In this document: positions 1 through 11,700 of the stretch, in pieces
Numbering within the stretch: position 1 is the stretch's first letter
Layout of the letters: each line of letters starts with the position of its first letter
Source: Vermamoeba vermiformis
Lineage: Eukaryota
Assembly (NCBI GenBank): GCA_045837725.1
Contig: JBEWZL010000244.1
Coordinates: 124,001-188,000, forward strand
DNA length: 64,000 nucleotides
Direction: 5' to 3'
The notes under the pieces: generated by a model
Told to the model about the DNA's origin: nothing
Databases searched by the model: none
The model's input: the letters and a program-made list of their open reading frames with translations, nothing else
Position numbers and translations under genes: made by a program

Positions 1-21
1 TTAACGGTTTTGTATTCGTAG

Positions 22-1212
22 TCTAAACCATTCATTACCGATCACGACGCGAAGACTAAACAGACACAAGAGTTGTTGAAAAAGTCTGAAAAAGTCGAAA
101 ATGAAATCACAAACTTGCATCAAGCCATCACAACGATTCAAACGCACTTGGGCAAGTACGAACAGGCCGTGACTAAGTTACAACAAGAAGTACAAGAGAA
201 GGAAGAGATGAAGGCTAATTTAGAGGCCGAGCTAGAGGACACTTCGGCCAAGGCTGAACGAATCTGTGACCGCGTTGAAGTCACCAAGAGTCACGCGCAG
301 TTAGACAAGGAGATTGGTGCTCTTGAACGAAACTTGGAAAAAGAGTCGCGAAGGTACGTGCAACCGATATATAGCGCGCCCACGTTATTAATTATGGTGT
401 ATGTTTAGGCGCCGTACGTTCCAAGAAGTCTCTGAGAACTTCGTCAATGCCAAGAAAGTGTTCAAAACAACGAAGAAAACTATCGACAGAATGTCTCAGT
501 TCTGCGATGTAAGTGCCATCCACAATACTAAGAATATTAAATTAATACTAATCTGGTTATATAGCACCTCGAGAAAGCATTCAAAGTGCGTGGTAAAATG
601 TGGGTCCAATTCCGCGCGTCAATCGAACGAAGGTGCAAAATGTTGTTCAACAATTTTTTGTCGCAACGAGGTTACGCTGGCCACGTGGACTTTGATCACG
701 AGCAAAAAAAGCTTGAGATTAAAGTACAGCTGGAAAGAACACGCGACGAGGCTGTGGCGCAAGACACGCGCTCGTTGTCCGGTGGTGAACGATCATTCTC
801 GACCGTGTCACTGTTGTTAGCCCTGTGGGAGGCCATGGAGAGTCCGTTCAGAGCCATGGACGAGTTCGACGTGTACATGGTGCGTAGTATAGTGTTGACA
901 TATATGTCATAGTATTAATATTGTTGCCTATTCTAGGACGCGTTGAACAGAAACTTGAGTGTAAAAATTTTGTTGCAAGCCGCGAAAGAGCACGCGCACC
1001 GTCAGTTCATTTTCATTTCACCTCACGACCTAGGGTACGTATAGCTAATACTAGGCCATAGGGTATATATATACTAATTTTCTTCTTGTAGTGTTGTTAA
1101 GGCCAGCAAACGCGTCAAGATTATTAAGATGCGACCGCCAGAACGTGGATTTGGTCAGCGAACCATTGACGAAACTATTGGTGGAGGACGTGCTAATAGC
1201 GGTGATGATTAA
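22..1212 (+). CDS. SMC6: SMC6 (structural maintenance of chromosomes 6), 3' part; gene begins before the window
   Basis: Spliced exons ~22-353, 409-508, 565-879, 937-1034, 1092-1212. Coiled coil, then the signature [36 protein letters not shown] (ABC signature + Walker B typical of SMC6) and QFIFISPH. Confidence 0.92.
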
Positions 1213-1604
1213 CCCAATCGATGTATTATTTATAAAATATCGCAATTTTGAAGACTTTGTTGGTTGTAACAGATGCACGTGTCCCCACAAAACAAAACCT
1301 GTATCATTTTTTTGTGGACATTATTCGCACTTTTTTGACCTTCATGAGCAGTTGTTACTTGGTCAGTGGAAGTGCATCACACGATATTATTTCTAAAGGG
1401 GTGAGTAGGCGGAGCAGCTTCGTGTTGTGTTTTGAGTTGCATTAATTTATTTACAATTCAAATTATTATTTTAATAATTTAATAGAGTTGTTGTGACATG
1501 AGGAAATTTAAATTGAGTTCTATTACTTGCCAAACTCGGATCTGACGAATTTCTTAATTTTTTTAAATATTCCAAAATCACCCAACTAACAATTATTCTC
1601 ATAG

Positions 1605-2182
1605 ACATACACACCACAGTTAAAATACGAATTAATACCCTATTCATTCATCGATGTCACGCCTGTCGAGATTATAACCCACCTCCTGACGAATTATTTG
1701 GATTCAGAGTCGTTCAGCGCTTGTCGCTATGTCTGCCATACCTTCAACGCCATACTTACAACTAAGCCCGAGTTGTATTGGGAGATCCGATACAACCAGT
1801 ATTTTGGCGGCCCAAAGTCAAATCTGCTTAGCTGGAAAGAGGCTTATATGAAAGCTAAGCGAGATCTGCTGCATTTTATGGCCACGACGAAGAAGCGCGA
1901 CTCTTTTTATACTCCACTCCCTTCATTAGACCAAATCTCAATCGCGAGCCTGGATGGGATCGAATCTAACCCTTCCATCTTACACTGGATCATGGTGCAA
2001 GGCCACCGTGCTTTGATGCGTATTATAAGCAACAAGGCTACGATGAAAGACTGGCTGGCACCTTATTTGCCCTGCAGCCTCTCCAAATCAAGGGACGACT
2101 TTAAGCGGGACGCGTGGTACGTTTAATCCGTTCACCTTTCTAAAATTCTCGTATTAATTATGCCCTGAGTAGGAATGATTAA
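1605..2182 (+). CDS. F-box protein, short paralog of the 3647-4696 gene; 5' exon/start not identified (possibly truncated)
   Basis: The frame after the AG at 1603-1604 reads PVEIITHLLTNYLDSESFSACRYVCHTFNAIL...YWEIRYNQYFGGPK...EAYMKA (F-box-like plus the FGGPK/EAY.KA motif shared with the neighbour). Intron ~2117-2172, then stop. Confidence 0.55.
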
Positions 2183-2453
2183 ATACTGTGCATGTAGATG
2201 CTTAGCGAGAAGCAGGATCCAAACACGGACACAATTAGAATAAACTTTAGTTTGGATCGTATTTTTACGGCTTTCGCGATTTGGAAAAGGAGCCTTTAAT
2301 TCTTAATGAAGTTTCTCGCATAGCAATGCGGAACAAGAGCGTACTAAGCTGGTGGTAATTGTCTCTGGAATTTTCTCCGACAAGCAATGACAAAAACAAA
2401 AATATCTGTACGTTTTTATTTGTAGATAACCTTGTTGCCTAGTATACCACAAG

Positions 2454-3514
2454 ATGAAATCTATTGTTTTCGCCGTCGCGATCGCTGCTTTGATTGCTGT
2501 TGTTGCATCTGATGTTTGCTGCACGTAAGTCCATTTACAAAATCCGGCAAAATTATCTGATACTAATAACTTTCAATAACAGTCCTAAGAAGTGGGAAGG
2601 AGAGAGTAAGCGGCACTTTAGAAAAAATTTAAAAAATCGAATCTGTATTATTTTTTTGTACCAGGTACTTAATTTTTCTTTATCAGCCTTCGGTTACTTT
2701 GCCAGAAGCAACGTTTCCTTCTACGAGTACATTATGTACGACTTCCCTAACAGAAGAATGCGCATTGATATTGGTGCAGAGCTCTGGTCGCAGGACAAGA
2801 GATTTGCTGAAACCATCATCCAAAAGATGAGCCCGGTAAGTAACATGCAGACGTAAGCTTTTTTTTGTAATGATGAAATAACATCCGATCGTTAGTTGAA
2901 GCATCGCTTATTATTTTCCATGCTGTAAATCTGTTCGTCGCCATTCATGAACTCATTCGACTATCGTTTAGGACAATTCAGTCTTCCGTACTTACAAAAT
3001 CAACCTTCAAACTGGTGCTTGCACTTTCGAGGAAGGCGGTTATATGAGAGAGTTTTGCTTGCCTGGTACGTTTTTTTGACGGTCGAATCCGCTGATCCAC
3101 TATAAAATCTGCATATCTTACTAACGCACGTGCGTTAATGATAGATTCTCCTTCGTTCGATATTGCTTACACTATTGGTGGCTCGTTGAAGGCTCACTCT
3201 TATTTCTACGACCTTACTGACCACAAGGGCGAGAGCTTTACCCACGAAATTTCCGTCTCTGAAGACAAGTGCTTCCCTATTAAGTAAGTATTATATCGAC
3301 TTCGTTTTAAAAATGTTTGTTGCGCGTATCATAAACAAGATCTCGTAGCTCACCGGATCTCTAATTTTATTTATTATTTAGGGGTCTTTTCTTGGATCAT
3401 CATGGCAAGAAATACGGCTTTGAAGGCGAGATCACTTACGTCAACTTGATTGAAGGTATTCGTGACCCCTTCTCATTCCAAACTCCAGATGACTGCAAGA
3501 AGGTCAACAATTAA
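2454..3514 (+). CDS. Ependymin-related protein (EPDR), secreted/lysosomal
   Basis: Signal peptide MKSIVFAVAIAALIAVVAS, then CCTPKKWEG, YDFPNRRMR, KCFPI and C-terminal GIRDPFSFQTPDDC. These match ependymin-family hallmarks (C.P..WEG, YD..N.R.R, GI.DP..F.PP..C). Six exons. Confidence 0.8.
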
Positions 3515-3646
3515 CTGATCTAACGAGCTTTTTCTTGGAAATTATTAGCGTACTAGTGTCACGCATTAATCGCGCCGCTTGCTTTACCAGCGACGTGATT
3601 GAATAATAAATTTCAAGTTAGATCAGAATTTTCGGAGGAAATTTGT

Positions 3647-4696
3647 TTACTTCAAATCAGGATAATGATGCTTAATCATCGTTACTAAATCATCTCTATG
3701 GTTTTTCTTAGCCATATTAAGTACTTTCTTCAAATTATCTTCCATTGAAACTGGATTCGCTAGTATCATCTCGACCATGTCCATTCGATTGTTTTCAATA
3801 GCTACCATGAGCTTAGTCTTTTGGTGCGTCGTAACTCGACTCTTAGTGCCATCATTATTATATAATTGTTGTCGATAGGGGAACATTTGATCGCGGATGC
3901 CAAAGTCGATCAGCACTTTTAACATGGGCAGGGATTTCGCTTTATGAAGAGCTTCTGTGCACCATTCACTATCTTCACACGATCCTAATAATAGCTTCAC
4001 CATTTCTACATCATCCTTTTCGATCAGCTCCATAATAAGCAGCTCTTCTTTGCCTTCGATCTCCGCATCCGCGCCAAAATACTTCAATAAGAATTTAATA
4101 GCTTCCATATGCCTTAGTTCGACTGCAATATTGAGTATAACAGCAAATTTCTCGTATTTTTCGCTATCTCCGAGGTGCATAAAGTGTTGAGCGAATCCAA
4201 CGTGCTTCGTTTTAATGATCCATTTGAAAACTTCTTTAAAATTCGGTTTAACCTCTTCGAAGCTATCATCTGACTCGTAACTATCATACTTTCTTCGTTT
4301 TTTAGGCTGTTTGGGAATATTTTTGATTATCTCTCGAACTTCTTTCGCGGCTTTTTCGTACGCCTCTTGAAAAGTCAGATCTGGCTTCGGCCCGCCAAAA
4401 TCTCGGTGATACCTGGCTCGCCAAAAATCATGGCTACTATTTAGTATATTGTACCAGTATTTTGAGACTGTTCTGATTCGTTCTTGTGAAGACAGATCGA
4501 GATGCGAAATTATGTGAAGCTGGATCTCGAGTGGAAAATTAACAAATGGGAAATTTTGCCATAACTTATCATCAACTGAATTTTTCTGAGCGGAATCTGA
4601 ATTATTCTGATTTTTTTGATCTTTTTCTGGTTTTTCTGTAATTTTTTGACGCTTCTTTGCTCTTGTGCTACTTGATATCAGCTCTTTGCGCTTCAT
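3647..4696 (-). CDS. Intronless F-box + ankyrin-repeat protein
   Basis: Likely ATG at 4696. FPLEIQLHIISHLDLSSQERIRTVSKYW is an F-box. Ankyrin-like repeats follow: LNIAVELRHMEAIKFLLKYFGAD, LMVAIENNRMDMVEMIL. Confidence 0.8.
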   Translation of the reverse strand: MKRKELISSSTRAKKRQKITEKPEKDQKNQNNSDSAQKNSVDDKLWQNFPFVNFPLEIQLHIISHLDLSSQERIRTVSKYWYNILNSSHDFWRARYHRDFGGPKPDLTFQEAYEKAAKEVREIIKNIPKQPKKRRKYDSYESDDSFEEVKPNFKEVFKWIIKTKHVGFAQHFMHLGDSEKYEKFAVILNIAVELRHMEAIKFLLKYFGADAEIEGKEELLIMELIEKDDVEMVKLLLGSCEDSEWCTEALHKAKSLPMLKVLIDFGIRDQMFPYRQQLYNNDGTKSRVTTHQKTKLMVAIENNRMDMVEMILANPVSMEDNLKKVLNMAKKNHRDDLVTMIKHHYPDLK

Positions 4697-5346
4697 TTCG
4701 ATATGTTTATCATGCGTTAAATTACTGGCGAGACGAAGAAGTGTGTTGACGTGTTTGCGTGTAATCAATAATTATAATGCCCATTTTATCGATCGAGTAC
4801 CACAAAACGCACAAAGACTCCATCACGTTTCGCAATGAATAGACAAAGTACGGTATAAATATAAAATCGTCGAAAGAATAAGAATGCCAGTAGACTGGTT
4901 GGTGCTGCGGTTATGGATCCATCTGGCAATATTCAAAGGTACTATTATTAACATTAAATCTCGTTAGTTGACGGCACATTGCACTTTTAATCGATAACGT
5001 CTGAATTTAAATACCTTCTGCGACCTTAATCAGAAGATACCTTGGTTCGACAGCAATATTTTATTTTATCAATATTCAAAATTTATTTTTTCCGTTCTCC
5101 TGCCATTCCAGGCACGCTAATACACGTTGCATGTATGTCTAATATTCTTATCTGAATTTAAATTACTCCGTAAAACAGAATAATCTCACAATTTAGGATC
5201 CTGATAATTTTCCCACCGACGCAACAATTAATTCATATGCAACTATTTATAGGGCTCAAGTATAAAAACGAATTGCAATGGTTGGTACAATAAACCTCAA
5301 ATAACAACAACAACTTAAAACCACGTGCTGCCGGCAGATCAACAAC

Positions 5347-8300
5347 ATGGCAGCAAGAGCGTCAGTAGCGATATTACTGCTACTGCTAGGCTATATTAAT
5401 GCTCAATGTATACCTGGCAATCCATTATCGGCAAGCCTTTCTTACTCTGAAGACTTTTTCATGCTGCCCATCCTGATCGAAAGCTTCGAATCCAGTGTTT
5501 TTACAGGCTGGAGCAATTCACCTATTAGTCATGTTATAAGCACCTCCTTCCTAGGCACCAGCTCTTCAGTTAACATCACGATGCAAAGCATTTCTGGAAG
5601 TGCCGAAGCGATGACTAATTCAGTTGTCGAGTTTAGTGCAAGTAGCTCTTGGGGTGAAGGATTGGGCGATGGATCTACTTTTATTAGCGGCTATTCTACA
5701 GAATTTCCTGGAATTGTCAAAATTGACTTCGATCCACCCATCGGAGCATTTTTATTGGTGGCCAACGCGATGCCTGGCGATTACTCCCCGATACAAATAT
5801 ACAACAAACAAGGCGTGGAGATGGGTTGTGAAATGATTGAAAACTCTGACTACTTTAATACAGTGGGATATTATGGCTTCACCACCCGCTCGGACAAGAT
5901 CGCAACAATCAAAATTACTGGTATGTTATTTGCCTTCGACAATATCATGTTCGCCACTTGTCCTATGGGAACTTATATCGCTGGCTACGCTGGCAACGAG
6001 GCGATTTGCGAAGGTAAGCGGAAAAATACTTCTCGGAATTATTTTCTCATTTCCTTTTTTAGACGTCAACGAGTGTTTGGGGGGTTATTGTGATGTTAAT
6101 GCTAACTGTAATAATACACTGTACTCTTATTCGTGTCAGTGTAAACCTGGCTGGGAAGGAACAGGAGCGAGAACCTGGCGGTTGTTTTGGTAAGATCTCA
6201 AAAAAAAAATATGAATTCGCAGGCCTCATAATATATTGCAGATGTTAACGAATGCTTTTTCGGCAATCCCTGTGTACCATGGGCAACATGCAACAATCTC
6301 GAAGGTAGCTTTGAATGCAAGTGTCCCGACGGCTACGCAGGCGATGGATTAATCGGTGGATCTGGCTGCGTCGGTAATAATAGCTGTTCATTGAGTGTTT
6401 AATAGCGAATAATAACGAGTGTTATTGCAGATATCAACGAGTGCAACGGCAGACCATCCCCGTGTCATCCTGACGCTGACTGCTTTAACTCTGAAGGCAG
6501 TTTTTCCTGTCAATGTCCCCAGGGCTACACTGGTGACGGTGTAGGTTTTTATGGCTGCGCTGGTAAGTCATGTCTATCAATACGACCTTGACCAAGCCCT
6601 TGCTAACACTGTGATCAGACGTCAATGAGTGTGCCGCTGGTGCTTGCTCGCCCCATGCTACGTGCGACAATACACCAGGCTCGTTCGCTTGCTCGTGTTC
6701 TAGCGGATACACTGGCAATGGAGTTGGCTCGAATGGATGCACTGGTACGTGTACTGCTATGGACCGATGTTATAATGTAAACAACTAACACACGTGAAGA
6801 TGTCGACGAATGTCTGACTAGTCCCTGCTCGTCACTGGCGCAGTGCTCGAACAGCGATGGTGGATTCACATGCACTTGTTCGCAGGGCTACATCGGTAAT
6901 GGCCTCGGTGCTAATGGCTGTCAAGGTACGATCTGATGACACATAATAACAGTCGACTTTGGCACGTGACTTATCATTTTGTGGTTAGACATTGACGAGT
7001 GCTCGGTGAACAATCCGTGCTCTATGAATGCCAAGTGCGCTAACACAGATGGCTCGTACACTTGCACGTGTAACAACGGCTTCGAAGGCAATGGTGTTGA
7101 CTGCATTGGTGAGTTTGTGATCGGGCCACTAGTGCTTTACCAGCGTTACTAACATATGTCCATCACTTAGACATCAACGAATGTGATCTCGCGTACTGTA
7201 GTTCATACTCCTCGTGCTCCAACACACCAGGCTCGTACAGCTGCACGTGCAACACTGGATATGAAGGCGATGGTGTCACGTGCACAGGTATCATATTGCT
7301 GGAAACATTTGTGTACTCTCGACAACGATATTAATATCCCTATCAAGACATCAACGAGTGTGACAATGACCCCTGCAGCTCACTCGCAACATGCTCCAAC
7401 ACAGACGGCTCTTTTGTGTGCACATGCAACACTGGATATCAAGGCGATGGCATCACCTGTGGAGATGTTGACGAGTGCTTGAACAATCCTTGTCCGTTGG
7501 ATCAAACATGTACCAACACTGTCGGCTCGTACACGTGTGCTTGTGAACCAGGCTATTCATTTGACAATATCAAAGGCTGTCAAGGTAAGTCATTGTACGA
7601 ACACTACAAGCGGGCCTAACTCACAATGCTGTCGCTCAGACATCAACGAGTGCTTGACCAGTCCATGTGCTGACAATGCAGACTGCTTCAATCTCGCGGG
7701 ATCGTTCGACTGTGAGTGCAACGATGGATACAGCGGTGATGGCATCAACTCCTGCAATGACATCGACGAGTGCTCCACTGACAATCCTTGCTCTGAGTAC
7801 GCAGATTGTAGAAATACGCAAGGTTCGTACGAATGCACGTGCAATGCAGGATATGACGGCGATGGTGTCACGTGCACGGACATCAATGAGTGTGACTCCG
7901 ATCCTTGCTCGTCACTTGCAGTGTGTGCCAATACGAATGGCTCATTCACATGCAATTGTGGTGATGGCTACAGCGGCGGTGGTATGGGGGCTGATGGATG
8001 TGTTGGTAAGTTTGTGTCACAAGTTACTAGCATGTCAATTCGGTCTAACGCTCGAACACAGATGTCAACGAGTGCTCGTCCAATCCTTGTGCGACCAATG
8101 CAGTGTGCGAGAACACTGAAGGTGCATTCAAGTGCACATGCAACACAGGATTCAGTGGTGATGGTCTCAACTCGTGTGTTGACGTGAACGAGTGCGACAC
8201 TGATCCGTGCTCACCAGTCGCTCTGTGCAAGAACACTGATGGATCATTCACGTGCACTTGTCCTGATGGATTCACTGGCAATGGCTTCGGTGATCTCGGC

Positions 8301-8684
8301 TGTGCAGATATCAATGAGTGCTTGGACCAACCGTGTCACTCTGATGCCACATGCAACAACACGATTGGCTCGTTCTTGTGCTCGTGCAATCAAGGCTATG
8401 CAGGTGATGGCTTCGAGTGCTCTCCTCGAGTCGACACTGGCAACACACCCTTGATGAGTGCGCCTGTCACAGCCCCTATCACTGCGGCCTCAGGCTCCCC
8501 TAAAGTGCCATCAACCACCGAAGCGAATTCGTCCAATCAATTGACTGCTGACAGTCCGCTCATCGCTGCCATTGTCGTACCCGTGCTGGCAGCTCTCGGT
8601 GTTGGCGCTGCAATCTTCGTGATCATTTGGAGTCGCAGAAGACAGCAACAAACTGACCCGCACAAATTAAATGACAGCACATAG
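5347..8684 (+). CDS. Type I membrane protein with about 15 calcium-binding EGF repeats (apparent frameshift in exon 2)
   Basis: Signal peptide; ~200-aa N-terminal beta-rich domain; repeated D[IV][ND]EC...C.N..GS[FY].C.C..G[YF].GDG units, mostly in phase-1 exons; Ser/Thr/Pro stalk; [26 protein letters not shown]; short tail starting SRRR. Confidence 0.88.
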
Positions 8685-8740
8685 TGACCAAGTGTACTAA
8701 GAACTGTATTTTTAGTCTTGTAGTTGTATTATTTACATAG

Positions 8741-11700
8741 TTAAAGCGTAGTTTCTTTTTCGTTCTCTTTTTGCTCAGTTTGACTTTCATGCGCTGATTT
8801 TTCCTCGCGTTCTTCGGCGCTAATAGGATACATTTCATTACTTTCTTCGCCTTTATCTTCTTCGCTCGGAGAACTTTCTGCACTTTCAATAATCATGTCG
8901 GCAACCGGTGACATTTGTGTACGAATGGATCCGGGTTGTTTGAGCTTTGCAGGTTCGCCCGCGCTATCCGTGCTTTTTAAAGCTACTTCTGCGCGTGACA
9001 AACTGCTTGAGAATCGTGATCGCGACTTGTCGGTGCTGTTCGATTTGGATCGTGAGTTAGCGTCGGTGGATGAGTTCTTGGCTGTTGTGAAGGGATGTTG
9101 CCAGTTGTACGGACGAAGATAATAAAGCAGCGACAACGATGGAAGAACTTCAAAGAGAACAAAAATGATGATGGTCACTGGATTGCCCGTCACTGCTGCG
9201 TACAAGAACACAATCGTGCGACCGATGAACAGTGCTGTGCATGTCACCGCAATGAAGGTGATCTGAAACAGATCGATTAGAAACAACTCAACTGACCTCT
9301 AACAATGTAATGCTTACCAAATTTCTTCGTTTGTCTTTTCTTCCCGAAGTGTTCACCATCTTTGCTTTTCTGAAGATCTGTGAGAGTGTCAGTTTGGATT
9401 GACATTTAACGGAGTGAGTGTCACTTACAATGATGAACTGAATGCCTTGAATCATGAATGCCAAGCTCACGCCAAAGCACACTGCTGCAATGAAGATCTG
9501 ATACGACAAGATGATGTAGAACCGTGTCGAGTTGGCATTCGTCGTGGATCCGATGCGACAGTCAGTTTGACTCTGAGGCAAGAACTGATTGAGCAGCACC
9601 AACAGCACGAACACTGCGTACATGACTGCATTCACGACAATGTACACTGTTCTTATTCGTCGAACCCGAACTTGTGATTTGTGTTTAGATAAGACAGACT
9701 GTTTGATCAACACTCCACTCCTGCATATCAAGTCACGTCAGAAAGGACAAGAAGATGACCGATAATAGTATACAATGGTACACACCATAAGTACAGAATG
9801 ATTGTGTAGATGGTGAAGAACAAGAATGTTGGGAGTTCAAAGAGAAGATACTGAACAATGTAGAAGTCTTTGAACGAGTTCACTGGCAGTGCAAAGTACA
9901 CGCCTCGCACTAGAAAACATTAGTTTCACTATCATATCAATCTAAATGCATGAGGCTTACGTGTGTTGAAGCCCAAGACGATGGCGACAAAGATGACTTT
10001 TTGCTTGCCTCGGATAAGTGAGCGATAGTTGAGACCAACAAACACCACTTGAAACACGCCAAACAGCACCACAACAAAATACAGTGCCAGTCCGACCCAT
10101 TTGAGTGTTGCTTGAAGCTCATCGTATGGCTGAACATTCTCCCAGTCATCGAGTCTTGCAATCACAAAGTACGTGCCGTTGTAAACACGCGCACACACCG
10201 TGTTTGCATCACTTTTTGTGACCTCAGTATCCAACACAACGACTGTTTGATCGCTAGTCAGTTGACCAAAGCCGAGTACTGTGTATTCATTGGCTTGTGA
10301 AATGTCTTCATTAATGTCAATGCACAATTGGAAGGGTGCATCGAGCGAGGTTCCGTCACTCAGATCTATCGACACCATAATGCCGTCAGAGACCAACTGA
10401 CCAACCGTGCCTCCAAGGCCGTTGCGTACTACTGAATAGTCGTTCGGAATGCTAAAGCAAGCACGTGAGTGACACGTGTCAAGATGTCAAAGTGTCACTT
10501 ACCGCTTGTTGTAGATCTCAGAAGACAACGCGACACCAGAGTCCGATGTGTAGAACACTGCAGAGCTCGAGAAGATTTGAACTGGCTTGCAGAATGAGTC
10601 CGTGGAGATTGTGTTTGGGAACACCGTCAGCGAGGCGATGGATGCCTTTATGAGTGTTAGAACGGTACAAGGTATGCGTTTGAATAACTTACGGTGATTG
10701 ACGAGCCAATGTAAGGACATGCTCGCAGCACACCAATCAGCGTTGAGGTGTCAAGATCAGCATAACAGTTGCCAGTGTTGAGTGCTGAGTTGCAGTCGCA
10801 CACAAGTGACTCGAGTGCTGTCACACTGCCTCCATAGCGACACACTGCTTCTGTCGTGTACGCTGTCGACAATTTGCTCACAATGGCTGTGCTCACATCG
10901 TTTCTGAATGCAATGATGTCGAATGACTCGCCGTACTTGTTGACTGACACGTATTGACGGTTCATCCACACCAATGGACGGATGGAACCAAGTCGCCATT
11001 CACCCCTTGTCCAAGTGAATGCGGCTTTGAAAGTTCCGCCGCAGCTATCGCACTCTGCTTTAGACTTCCAAGTCACAAAGGCGTTCGTGTAGATGGACTC
11101 AGAACACGTTTGAAATGACGAGCACGAGCTTTGATTGGTCGCCCAAGTCCACCACGTGTAACCGTCTGTAGCACACGCGCTTTGGTTGAGGTAACTTGTC
11201 ATTGCACAACCAACAGCTGTGTCCAATTCATTTGCACCGCACGAGGCGATGAAGTTAGGACGGAATGGCTTAGGTCTCAAACAGACTCCAGTGGCGTTGG
11301 GGAACTGCGCAAGATAATTCGAGAACACTTGCTCGTCGGAGCACTATCACAAATGTCAGAAAGTCCTAGTACTCGTGTCATGTACTTACAACGCCAGTCT
11401 GGTTACATTCGGTCTCGTTGGCGCAAGCAACAGCCCCACACTGAGCTGTGCAGACACCTGTGGAAGAACAGGCGTCCAATGACACGCCGTCAATGTCACA
11501 AATGCCCTGACTGCACATTGTCTCGTTCAAACCAGCTACTTCAGTGCACGGAAGAGTTCCAGAGCTACAATCACCACAGAACTGAGGATCAACAAATGTC
11601 GTGCAGTTTGTTTGACACTCAGCTGATGATAAGCCATTGCAACTGAGCCAGTTGCATGTCTTGTCGTTCAAACATTGAGAATTATCTCCTTGGATCAGGC

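Noticed and set aside
6485-8454. Antisense and alternative ORFs over the EGF array; repeat array as CRISPR-like
   Set aside because: The repeats are degenerate coding EGF units separated by introns, not constant repeats with spacers.
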